From positions 1 to 13,552 of the forward strand of contig CALFXO010000065.1 in the NCBI GenBank assembly GCA_937958025.1: 13,552 nt of DNA. The letters run 5' to 3'. A program made the position numbers and the translations under genes. Within the stretch, counting starts at the first letter, position 1, and every line of letters begins with the position of its first letter. Shown piece after piece: positions 1 to 7,768 of the stretch. This DNA is from an uncultured Syntrophobacteraceae bacterium. Its GTDB lineage: Bacteria > Desulfobacterota > Syntrophobacteria > Syntrophobacterales > Syntrophobacteraceae. The notes under the pieces are model-generated. The model had not been told where the DNA came from. It made no database searches and saw only the letters and a list, made by a program, of their open reading frames with translations.

Positions 1-2
1 AC

Positions 3-947
3 GGCAAGGCCGAAGCGGACCTCGAAAAGAAATGGCCTGAAAAGTACAACGCGGCAGGCCATGTCCCGTGGGCGGGAAGACTCTATGTCAAGGGCGCCGA
101 CCAGTTCCTCAGCTGGTTCCGTGGCAGAGTTTACCAAGGCACATGGGGAAGCGCGCTTTTCCAGTCCATTTACCAGCCGGCCCCTACCCTTTTGTCGTCC
201 CTTCCGCTGATGCCGGAATGGTATCTGTTGATGGCGGCGCTCGGTGGCCTTTCGGTGCTGGGGATTTACTGGAAGCCGCTGTTCCTCGCCCTGCCGCTCC
301 TGATAATGGGCGTCGTGCTTCCCGTGCTGCACGCGATTTCCAGCGCGGCCCACGTCACCTTCAGCACCAAGGCCCAAGGCGCGGACATGTTCAAGCTCAG
401 GATGCTGACGGCCGGAATGCATCTGATCCAGCCGCTAGCGCGTCTTATCGGTCGCATCAAGCTTGGTCTTACGCCTTGGAGGCGCTGCGGCGTCCCCGGA
501 ATATCGTCGCCTTGGCCCTATCCGAGGTCCTTTGCGGTCTGGAGCGACCAGTGGAAAGATCCAATCTCATGGATGGGCTCTCTTGAAACCAGTTTCAAGA
601 GCCTGCGCAGCGTCGTGATGCGCGGTGGGGATTTCGACCATTGGGATCTGGAGCTGCGCGGCGGGCTGCTTGGCTGCGCCCGAGTCCTCATGGCCGTGGA
701 AGAACATGGGGGAGGCAACCAGATGGTGCGGTTCAGAGCCTGGCCCAAATGCTCCACGAGCGGACTGCTGGCGGCTCTTTTCTTCGGGGCGATAGCAACC
801 GGAGCCGCGATCGACGGAGCATGGACGGCCTGCGTCGTGCTCGACATGCTGGCTCTCGTTTTCATCGTGCAGATGTTCCGTGAGTGCTCTTCCGCGATGG
901 CGATCATCAACAAGGTGTTGGAGCCGGTTAACTCCTTAAAGAAGTAA
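3..947 (+). CDS. 3' portion of a polytopic membrane protein, 5'-truncated by the window edge; possibly the C-terminal region of a GT2-like glycosyltransferase
   Basis: Frame 3 is open from base 3 and continuous with the listed ORF 192..947 (GKAEADLEKKWPEKYNAAGHVPWAGRLYVKGADQFLSWFRGRVYQGTWGSALFQ...). There are several hydrophobic helix-like stretches (LLMAALGGLSVLGIYWKPLFLALPLLIMGVVLPVL; LLAALFFGAIATGAAIDGAWTACVVLDMLALVFIV). The GT2 assignment is a weak recollection of R-W/Q-rich motifs near the membrane, not a verified match. The gene ends at TAA 945-947 and is followed by a strong terminator hairpin. Confidence 0.55.
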   Translation, partial: GKAEADLEKKWPEKYNAAGHVPWAGRLYVKGADQFLSWFRGRVYQGTWGSALFQSIYQPAPTLLSSLPLMPEWYLLMAALGGLSVLGIYWKPLFLALPLLIMGVVLPVLHAISSAAHVTFSTKAQGADMFKLRMLTAGMHLIQPLARLIGRIKLGLTPWRRCGVPGISSPWPYPRSFAVWSDQWKDPISWMGSLETSFKSLRSVVMRGGDFDHWDLELRGGLLGCARVLMAVEEHGGGNQMVRFRAWPKCSTSGLLAALFFGAIATGAAIDGAWTACVVLDMLALVFIVQMFRECSSAMAIINKVLEPVNSLKK

Positions 948-979
948 CGACTCGCGGCGCCTGATCCATAAGTTTTCAC

Positions 980-1020
980 ACGCCAGTTTGGGGTTGTCTC
1001 CCAAACTGGCGTTTTCATTT
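980..1020 (+). terminator. Rho-independent terminator: 13-bp perfect stem (acgccagtttggg / cccaaactggcgt), 7-nt loop, then TTTTCATTT
   Basis: Read directly: left arm 980-992, loop 993-999, right arm 1000-1012, U-tract 1013-1020. It sits between convergent genes (+ gene ends 947, - gene ends 1039). On the minus strand the hairpin is followed by GUGAAAACUU, so it may act weakly in both directions. Confidence 0.6.
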
Positions 1021-1038
1021 CTATGGGGTCGGGGAAGT

Positions 1039-2547
1039 TCAAGATTCTAAAGGCTGTTTGCCTTCCTCAGACTCTCCGCGCCGTTGCAGCTGTTTCAAGA
1101 GTTGCACCCCGGTCGCATTCTCCACCTGTTCGATGAAGGAAATGACCGCCGCCGGCATTTGACCGACCGCCCTGGCCAGGCCCCCATTGCTCCCTTGGGA
1201 AGCCCCAGCGTCAATAACGCTAATCCGATCGATCTTCACTTCTCCAACAGTCTTGGCGAGCTGAGCTATGACGTCGGGCAACATGTTCAAGACGAACACT
1301 CGCTCCCCATCGCCTTGCGCATCCTGGTAGGCGGCAATCATCGCCCGCAACACCTCCAGCCGCGCCTTGCCCGTCTCCATAATCGGGGCCGCCGACCCCT
1401 TGGCCTCGAGTTCCATTGCCTCTTTCCTGGCCCGAGCCGGCTCGATGACGTCAGCCATGAGCCGCTTCTGCTGGAGCACGATGCGCTCCTGCTCCATGTC
1501 CTGCTCGTATTTCACCTTGGCCTTCTCACCAGCGACCCTCGCTTCCTGCTCCTTAACAATGGCGACCGCCTCCAATTCCGCGACCTTCACCCTGAGGCGA
1601 TTATTCTCCTCTTCGATTTCCTGGTTCGCAACGGCCTTGTTGACCTTCACCTCTCGGTCCGAACTGACTTGGGCGAGCTGGATTTCCTGCTCCGCCTTGG
1701 CCTTCGCAACCTCAGCGCGCTGGCGCGACGTAGCCTCGGCTTCCATGGCGGCCGCTTCCGCCAATGCCTTCTTGACCTTTATTTCTCGCCCGACTTCGAT
1801 CTGTGCGGCCTGGATCTCCTGGTCCGCCTTCGCCTTTGCCACTTCCGCCTTTTGCCTTGAAACCGCCTCCGCCTCTTCGGCCTCGGCCTTTCTCTCCGCC
1901 TCCGCCTTGCGCGCGGCCGCGATCACCTCGGCGGTTATTCGTCGGCCAACCGAATTGAGATACCCCGCTTCATCGGATATATTCTGAATTTTCAGGGTGT
2001 CGAGTTGAAGGCCAAGTTGCTTCAAGTCGTTGTCCGCCTCATCGATGAGACTTTGGGCAAATTTCAGCCGATCCTCATTGACCTCTTCGGGAGTGAGCAG
2101 GGCAAGAACGCCGCGGAGGTTTCCCTCCAACGTATCCTTGGCGATCTTGTGCATCTCCAGGCTGGGCTTGCCGAGAAAACGCTCCAGAGCATTGCCGAAA
2201 ATGGGCTCGCTCGAATCGATCTTCACGTTAGCTATTGCTTCGACCCGAAGAGGGATGCCTCCCTTGCAGTAGGCGTTTTGCACCGTCAGTTCCAGGGGGA
2301 TGGTTTCAAGGGACATATGCGCGGCTTTCTCCAGAATGGGAATCCTGAGCGCCCGCCCGCCTCGGAGGACTCGATAGCCGACAACTGTTCCGTCCGGCAG
2401 CTTTCTGAGCTTTCCCGAGAGAATGATGACTTCGTTCGGATGGCATATCAACAGATAGCGGCTGACAAATATGACAGCGACAAGGACGACCAGCACTGCA
2501 ATGCCTGCAATGGACACAAACATCTCTCCCAGCATCAACGCCTCCAT
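1039..2547 (-). CDS. Flotillin / SPFH (band 7) family membrane-scaffold protein, YqiK/FloA-like
   Basis: N-terminal TM helix (MFVSIAGIAVLVVLVAVIFVSRYLL) followed by the SPFH core (ICHPNEVIILSGK...YRVLRGGRALRIPILEKAAHMSLETIPLELTVQNAYCKGGIPLRVEAIANVKI), then a long Glu/Ala/Lys-rich coiled-coil flotillin region. The longest ORF starts at 2619 with an implausible Cys/Arg-rich leader (MRGCRRVCCV...). I place the start at ATG 2547 (MEALML). ATG 2535 (MLGEMF) is an alternative, preceded by GGAGG with a 5-nt spacer. Confidence 0.85.
   Translation of the reverse strand: MEALMLGEMFVSIAGIAVLVVLVAVIFVSRYLLICHPNEVIILSGKLRKLPDGTVVGYRVLRGGRALRIPILEKAAHMSLETIPLELTVQNAYCKGGIPLRVEAIANVKIDSSEPIFGNALERFLGKPSLEMHKIAKDTLEGNLRGVLALLTPEEVNEDRLKFAQSLIDEADNDLKQLGLQLDTLKIQNISDEAGYLNSVGRRITAEVIAAARKAEAERKAEAEEAEAVSRQKAEVAKAKADQEIQAAQIEVGREIKVKKALAEAAAMEAEATSRQRAEVAKAKAEQEIQLAQVSSDREVKVNKAVANQEIEEENNRLRVKVAELEAVAIVKEQEARVAGEKAKVKYEQDMEQERIVLQQKRLMADVIEPARARKEAMELEAKGSAAPIMETGKARLEVLRAMIAAYQDAQGDGERVFVLNMLPDVIAQLAKTVGEVKIDRISVIDAGASQGSNGGLARAVGQMPAAVISFIEQVENATGVQLLKQLQRRGESEEGKQPLES
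1612..1875 (-). repeat. Intragenic tandem duplication of about 132 bp (44 aa) within the flotillin coiled-coil region
   Basis: Protein units EAEAVSRQKAEVAKAKADQEIQAAQIEVGREIKVKKALA and EAEATSRQRAEVAKAKAEQEIQLAQVSSDREVKVNKAVA are about 70% identical and offset by 44 residues. The corresponding DNA is visibly self-similar: ...gccttcgc..cttc(c)gcc... recurs in blocks. Confidence 0.5.
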
Positions 2548-2622
2548 TTTTCGATATTTCCAAAGCGACGCAACCCGGGCGCCATCCTCAACGCAGCAGA
2601 CGCGCCTACAGCCGCGCATGAC

Positions 2623-3225
2623 TCATATGTTAATAAAAGTGTCTTCCGCTACATGCGCAATGCCATCCTTGATATGAATAATCGTAACGCAATCACCGCA
2701 ACTGTATGCATCGCGGATGGACTCTTCGGCAACCCATGCGAGCAATTGCACAGTGTTTCCCCCAGCTTCGACGAGCACTTTGCCGCGTCGCTCTCTCGAA
2801 ACATCAACCAGCACGCGGGCTTTGGAGCCCTCTAGGCGGTTCAGGTAAGAAAGCTCTCCCACCTCCGTTCGTCTGAGAAACGTCACCATCTTGCTGAGGA
2901 GCGTGGAGGCGAAGACGCCCATGGCAACGGCAAGCGCGAAGGCGACAGTGCGGTGCGCATCCAGCAGTGAAAGCACGCTGCCGGTCAATCCGAAAAACGC
3001 CGTAAAGAAAACGACATTTCGGAGACTAAGATATTTCAGCGCCGCAACAACGCCCTCTCCATGGATAGCGCCTCCCCCAGCATCTCCCGGCTCCAAATCG
3101 CCGTCAGCATCAAAATGAAGGTGAAAGCCCGATCCCCCATCCACATCATGCCCCATGAAGAGCGAAACAAGTAGGAGGGACCACCCAAAAACAAGACACC
3201 CCAAATAGACATGCAAAAGGGACAC
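2623..3225 (-). CDS. NfeD-like / YqiJ-family membrane protein (SPFH-partner, OB-fold C-terminal domain)
   Basis: N-terminal hydrophobic helices (LLHVYLGCLVFGWSLLLVSLFMG; VVFFTAFFGLTGSVLSLL; AFALAVAMGVFASTLL) and a C-terminal beta-rich soluble domain (KARVLVDVSRERRGKVLVEAGGNTVQLLAWVAEESIRDAYSCGDCVTIIHIKDGIAHV), typical of NfeD short homologs encoded next to SPFH genes. GTG start at 3225 with AGGAG 7 nt upstream (aaatAGGAGcttaagGTG). The gene lies immediately upstream of the flotillin gene on the same strand. Confidence 0.7.
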   Translation of the reverse strand: MSLLHVYLGCLVFGWSLLLVSLFMGHDVDGGSGFHLHFDADGDLEPGDAGGGAIHGEGVVAALKYLSLRNVVFFTAFFGLTGSVLSLLDAHRTVAFALAVAMGVFASTLLSKMVTFLRRTEVGELSYLNRLEGSKARVLVDVSRERRGKVLVEAGGNTVQLLAWVAEESIRDAYSCGDCVTIIHIKDGIAHVAEDTFINI

Positions 3226-3234
3226 CTTAAGCTC

Positions 3235-3936
3235 CTATTTCCGTTCCTGCTCCCTCAGCCGCTGCAATTCCTTCTCCACAGCCCTATCCTCCATTGACTG
3301 TTGGAACTCGACCTCCTGCCGGTTATCCTCGGGTCGCAACTCCCGCACGGCCTCCGCCTCCGACTCATGCCTAAGGATCATGGCCTCCAACGACTCGAAG
3401 GCTCCCTCCCCGGATTCCAAAGCATCAATTGCACTATCAAGGGAGCCCATAGAAACCGCCGATCGCGCCGCAGCCTCTTCTCCACGCAACCGAGCCTTGG
3501 CCGATTGGCTCCGCCGGATCAGGTCCTCTTTCCGTCTAAGAGCTTCTCCCAGTTTCTTTTCCATGTCCGACAGGTCATTCCTGAACCTTTCCGCGGCTTC
3601 TGACGCCGTTGCACACTCCACGGCGAGAACATCGCACTCCTTGCGAGCAGTCAGCCTCTTTCTCACGAATTCCCGGGCCATCTGCTCATCACCCTCAGAA
3701 AGAGCGGCCCGCGCCTTTTCTTCAAGATCGTGAGCGCGTTGTTCAGAAGCATGCACCTTCTTTTCCAACTGCTTACGCAGGGCGACGGCGCGCACCGTCT
3801 CTCGCCTGAGTTCCGCTACGCCTTCTTCCATTTCTCGAACGATCTGTTTGATGATGACTTCCGGATCTTCCGCCTTGTCGAGCATATGATTAATATTAGC
3901 TGCTAGAAGCCTGGAGATTCTCTGGAACAGATTCAT
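3235..3936 (-). CDS. pspA: PspA/IM30 (phage-shock protein A / Vipp1) family protein
   Basis: The N-terminus MNLFQRISRLLAANINHMLDKAEDPEVIIKQIVREMEEGVAELRRETVRAVA closely parallels the canonical PspA N-terminus ([44 protein letters not shown]). The whole protein is about 233 aa of charged coiled-coil. GGAGGGAG sits 8 nt upstream of ATG 3936. Confidence 0.85.
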   Translation of the reverse strand: MNLFQRISRLLAANINHMLDKAEDPEVIIKQIVREMEEGVAELRRETVRAVALRKQLEKKVHASEQRAHDLEEKARAALSEGDEQMAREFVRKRLTARKECDVLAVECATASEAAERFRNDLSDMEKKLGEALRRKEDLIRRSQSAKARLRGEEAAARSAVSMGSLDSAIDALESGEGAFESLEAMILRHESEAEAVRELRPEDNRQEVEFQQSMEDRAVEKELQRLREQERK

Positions 3937-4573
3937 ACATCTCCCTCCATTCGGTTCACCTCATTCCCAAGAAGGTGACGAGAACAACGCAACCTTCCCC
4001 CAAGACTCGAAGAGGAAAAACTTCACAATAGAAAAATAAGAGGAATAATTCGCTAATTTACCCGAGAGCTAAATAGGATACAAGCAAAACATTTCATCCG
4101 ATAGATGAGAAAATATGCAGCAACTACACGCATATATCCAATAAATGTTAGATATTGTTACCTTGAAGATATGCGACTTAAGGTGAAACAGGCGGCAGGC
4201 ATCGAGTATTATACTATATTATAATATCAAATAATTAAAACTACCATTACATCAACATTGAATGTATTGGGCTAAGAAACGAAGCAAGACCAAAAGTGCA
4301 CGCCAGCCAAGGCAGAAGAAAAGCCATTCGCTCCATAATACTTGCCCTGGAGTCCGTAGGCTGGCGCACCGTAGCGAGCAATCCGGGAACACTTTCTATT
4401 TCTTACTCGATGTTCGAGTTTTTGGGTCCGGTGTAGTAGATATGCGGGTTTATGGGCGGACAAGTCGTGAAGCCAAAAGGCAGCAAACCCGCGCGGGAAC
4501 TACTTTCCCCTTTATACCCGTCTGAAAAACTTGAACATCGAGTATTACGGCATTTTAATTAGTGGAAATAACC

Positions 4574-6487
4574 TTATGCCCCTTCACCCAATCCCGCAGG
4601 CGCCCGGGATGGTCGAGGCTCCGGTTCGTCAAATTTACAGCTCAAATAAACAGGATCTCCGACAACCAAACGCACCTTATATGGCAGGGATTGGAATAAT
4701 TTCTTCATTCTCTGATTCTCCGCCGATGTGTAAGCGAACAAGCCGGAGATTCCATTTTCGCGCGCGGCTTCTGCTATCTTTCTTATGAGCGCTCGCCCAA
4801 GTCCTTTGCCCTGCCACTCCTTGCTGATAGAAAAGGCCACTTCCGCCATATTCTTTGGCTGCTCCAGATAGTACTCCCCCACCCCCACGATCTTTTCAAA
4901 GCCCACTTCTCCGACAACCGCCGCCACGGTCAGGCTTTTGATGTAATCGGTCCGGGACATCCCTTCTACATCCGCCCGCAAAAAACTCGTTTTCGGACGA
5001 AAAAAACGCGATATGACGTCCTGCTTTTCCAGATTGTAGAAATGCTCCTGGAGCCACCGTTCATCCACAGGTTTGATGGGACGGATCAGGACCTGTCGCC
5101 CCCCCATGCTGATAGTCTCCTCCAACCGGATCGGATATACTCCGTGGATGGATTCTTTTAAGGTGCGCTCTTGGCCAAGCAAGCCCATCTTTTTCGCCTC
5201 GAAGAAAAGCTCTTCACGGAAATCGGGATGGGCGATGCTAATAAGCGCCATGGCTCTTTCCTGGTAGCTCTTCCCGAACAAATTCACGGCCCCGTATTCC
5301 GTCACGACATATTGCACGTCCCCTCTCGGGATGACGATCGCCGTCTCATCCAACTTTGGGATGATCCGGCTGATCTTGCCGTTAGAGGTGGTGGAGGTCA
5401 GCATCAGGATAGACCGCCCATCTTCTGCAAGCGCGGCCCCCCTCACGAAGTCGAGCATTCCCGTTACGCCGGAATAATGGTTGAACGGCAGGGCGTCGGC
5501 GGCGACCTGGCCGGTGAGGTCTATAGCCATCACTACATTCATGCAGACCATTTTGTTGTGCCGGGAGATGACACGCGGATCGTTGACGTAGTCGGACGGA
5601 TGGAACTCTATGGCGGGATTCGAGTCCAGGAACTCATACAACTCGGAAGTCCCTATCGCCATGCTGGCAACCAGTTTTCCCTCGTTGAAGCCCTTGAGAC
5701 GATTGGTTATGACCCCCTTGGACGCGAGGTGCATCATGTCGATCGTGAGGAACTGAGAATGGACCCCAAGGTCGTTCTTTCCCGCAAGCGCTAGCAGAGT
5801 CGCCTGGGAAGTCGCTCCAAGGCTGATTTGGAACGTGGAGCCATCATCGATGAGATTCGCTATGTGCCGTCCGATGACATTGGCCTGCCCGGATTCCGGC
5901 AAGTCGCCGATCGTGAGCAGGTCTTCGTCATGCTCCACGATTACGTCTACATCGTTGACATGAATGAAGCCCTGCCCCAGAACTCTCGGCATTTTTGCAT
6001 TCACCTGCGCAATGACGAGGTCGGCGGAGAGCGCGGCGGCGAGCGTCACATCCACGGAGACGCCAAGGCTCATCCACCCGAAATCATCCGGTGGGCTCAC
6101 CTGGATGAGCGCCGCGTGGAGGGGCAAACGCCGGCTCTTGAAAAGCTTCGGGACCGCGGAGAGGTTGATCGGCGTCATGAAGCGCATGTTTTTCGCCAGT
6201 TCGGCGGATTTCACCGAACCGAGATAGAATGACCGAACCGTCAGGTTCCTGCACTCCGACTTATCGGCCACCGAGGTGAGAGGAGCGCCTTCCAGTGAAA
6301 GGAGCCGTATGATCTCAAGGTCCGTAAACCTGTTTGAAGCCTCATAGAGACCCCGCACCAAGCATTGAGGCTCGCCACAAGACGATCCGACAAAGACCCT
6401 CTGTCCCGACCGGATCAACCCTATCGCCTTGTCTACATCGAACCTCTTCTCTATATAGTCGTCGGCCCAATAATTTGCACTGGTCAT
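4574..6487 (-). CDS. Bifunctional fusion: acetyl-CoA hydrolase/CoA-transferase family (Cat1/4-hydroxybutyrate CoA-transferase-like) N-terminal about 460 aa + C-terminal GNAT N-acetyltransferase domain
   Basis: The N-terminal region is YIEKRFDVDKAIGLIRSGQRVFVGSSCGEPQCLVRGL... and the central region has a Gly-rich CoA-transferase C-domain (SELYEFLDSNPAIEFHPSDYVNDPRVISRHNKMVCMNVVMAIDLTGQVAAD). The C-terminal about 170 aa has GNAT motif A (AEVAFSISKEWQGKGLGRALIRKIAEAARENGISGLFAYTSAENQRMKKLF). It is a single uninterrupted 637-codon ORF. ATG at 6487 is preceded by GAGGCG. Confidence 0.8.
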   Translation of the reverse strand: MTSANYWADDYIEKRFDVDKAIGLIRSGQRVFVGSSCGEPQCLVRGLYEASNRFTDLEIIRLLSLEGAPLTSVADKSECRNLTVRSFYLGSVKSAELAKNMRFMTPINLSAVPKLFKSRRLPLHAALIQVSPPDDFGWMSLGVSVDVTLAAALSADLVIAQVNAKMPRVLGQGFIHVNDVDVIVEHDEDLLTIGDLPESGQANVIGRHIANLIDDGSTFQISLGATSQATLLALAGKNDLGVHSQFLTIDMMHLASKGVITNRLKGFNEGKLVASMAIGTSELYEFLDSNPAIEFHPSDYVNDPRVISRHNKMVCMNVVMAIDLTGQVAADALPFNHYSGVTGMLDFVRGAALAEDGRSILMLTSTTSNGKISRIIPKLDETAIVIPRGDVQYVVTEYGAVNLFGKSYQERAMALISIAHPDFREELFFEAKKMGLLGQERTLKESIHGVYPIRLEETISMGGRQVLIRPIKPVDERWLQEHFYNLEKQDVISRFFRPKTSFLRADVEGMSRTDYIKSLTVAAVVGEVGFEKIVGVGEYYLEQPKNMAEVAFSISKEWQGKGLGRALIRKIAEAARENGISGLFAYTSAENQRMKKLFQSLPYKVRLVVGDPVYLSCKFDEPEPRPSRAPAGLGEGA

Positions 6488-6599
6488 AGACGCCTCGCAT
6501 TAGACGGAGATGGACTAGGAACAGCAAAAACGGCAAATACAAATGAAATCCAGAAGAAAAATTAGCCTGGGAAGTGAATCCCCGCGGCGAGGCACAAAT

Positions 6600-7565
6600 C
6601 TAAAATAGCATCCACGCCGAAACCAGCACGGCTGCAAGCACCCGGTAATAACCAAAAATCGCCAGACTGTGCCGGTTCAGGTACGACACCATCCATTTGA
6701 CGGAAATCACCGCGAAAATGAACGCGGCAATCAACCCTACAATGAGCGGCAACGCGTCGAACATCTGTAGCATGAGTTTCCCGTGTTTAAGGGCGTCGTA
6801 TGAAGTTGCGGCGCCCAGCGTCACTAGGCCGAGCAGAAAACTGAATTCCACGGCGGACGCAAGAGAGAGGCCAACCAGAAGGCCCCCAACGATTGTGACA
6901 AGGCTCCGGCTCACGCCCGGCCACATCGCGATGCACTGCATGAATCCGATCACGAGGCTCATCCGGATGTTGATGTGCTCCAGCGACTTGTAGCCCCGGC
7001 CCCTTTCCTGATCCCTGTCTCGCCACCACGTGAACCCGAGGATGGCCAATCCGCCCACAAACCACGCAGCCGCTACGGGCCATATGCCGAACAGATGCGC
7101 CTTGATCGCCTTATCGAATAGGAGCCCTATCACCGCCGCGGGGACGAACGCAGCGACTATCGCGACGGCAATCCTCAAGCCGGTCGGGTCTTTTCCGAAT
7201 ACTCCGTGGAGCATTTGCCTGACCCGATCCCGGTAAAGACCCAGCACTGCAAGGATAGCTCCAGCCTGAATGCAGATCGCATATGCGTCGGATGCTTCTT
7301 TCCTTGCGTCCGCGTCGCCTCCCGAATCGGACTTGTCGAGCCCCATAAACTCCTCGGCCACGAGCAGATGCCCAGTGGAACTGACAGGCAGATACTCCGT
7401 CAACCCTTCTACGGCGCCCAACACCACGGCTTGCCAAAGCGTCATGGCCCCTTCCGGACGGCTCTTCGCGGGCGAGTTTTCCGCGCCGACCATTCCCGGA
7501 ACCCCGGCCGCAACCGCGGCAAGTGCAAGTGCTACAACCACTACGACAAATAATTTACGAGGCAT
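6600..7565 (-). CDS. uppP: Undecaprenyl-diphosphatase (UppP/BacA) with an N-terminal signal-peptide/TM-like extension
   Basis: Hallmark motif LGAVEGLTEYLPVSSTGHLLV near the N-terminus, followed by multiple TM helices and a second conserved region (SRSLVTIVGGLLVGLSLASAVEFSFLLG). I choose start ATG 7565 (MPRKLFVVVVVALALAAVAAG...) because GGAGGA lies 9 nt upstream. The longest ORF begins at 7634. A canonical-length UppP would begin at ATG 7445 (MTLWQAVVLG). Confidence 0.85.
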   Translation of the reverse strand: MPRKLFVVVVVALALAAVAAGVPGMVGAENSPAKSRPEGAMTLWQAVVLGAVEGLTEYLPVSSTGHLLVAEEFMGLDKSDSGGDADARKEASDAYAICIQAGAILAVLGLYRDRVRQMLHGVFGKDPTGLRIAVAIVAAFVPAAVIGLLFDKAIKAHLFGIWPVAAAWFVGGLAILGFTWWRDRDQERGRGYKSLEHINIRMSLVIGFMQCIAMWPGVSRSLVTIVGGLLVGLSLASAVEFSFLLGLVTLGAATSYDALKHGKLMLQMFDALPLIVGLIAAFIFAVISVKWMVSYLNRHSLAIFGYYRVLAAVLVSAWMLF

Positions 7566-7768
7566 CTGACCCAATCCTCCAGCACAGCGATGATAGATGA
7601 CTCCCCCCGGGAAAAACCATGCCGGCTTTCGCAAAGCGCACGGGGTCGTCGCATTGCATTTCCGCTTATTGATTCCTCCACGGACAAATTTCTTTTGTAC
7701 GACGCATCCAGCGGCGCTCGCCCAACAACCGCTTCGCGACTGGAGCAGCGGCGCAACTTCTTCGCCGC

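Noticed and set aside
2548-2619. Longest-ORF N-terminal extension of the flotillin (MRGCRRVCCVEDGARVASLWKYRK)
   Set aside because: Cys/Arg-rich and non-protein-like, with no RBS. Internal ATGs at 2547/2535 have Shine-Dalgarno support and place the TM helix at the N-terminus as expected for flotillins.
1084-2835. Plus-strand ORFs 1084..1860 (258 aa), 1367..1987 (206 aa) and 2005..2835 (276 aa) overlapping the flotillin/NfeD genes
   Set aside because: They lie antisense to genes with strong family signatures. Their translations are Leu/Arg/His/Ser-rich low-complexity typical of the reverse strand of GC-rich Ala/Glu-rich coding sequence, and they have no RBS.
3937-4260. Search for a sigma54 (-24 GG / -12 GC) promoter upstream of pspA, as in enterobacterial PspF-dependent pspA
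   Set aside because: I scanned the minus-strand sequence by eye. The nearest candidates (for example TGGGGGAAGGTTGCG) have the wrong GG-GC spacing by 1 nt. No convincing match, so no sigma54 promoter is reported.
4395-4420. tRNA-like T-loop resemblance (GTTCGAG) near 4403-4409
   Set aside because: The surrounding sequence does not fold into a cloverleaf (no acceptor/D/anticodon stems). It is simply a short palindrome, ctcga-tgt-tcgag.
4262-4525. Small ORFs (87 aa on +, 63 aa on -) in the pspA upstream intergenic region
   Set aside because: Highly basic or odd composition, no RBS, and they lie within a region more consistent with a structured non-coding RNA or UTR. Not called as CDS.
5171-6232. 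Plus-strand ORFs 5171..5794 and 5828..6232 inside the CoA-transferase gene
   Set aside because: They lie antisense to a well-supported 637-aa CDS, have Arg/His/Gly-rich composition and no RBS.
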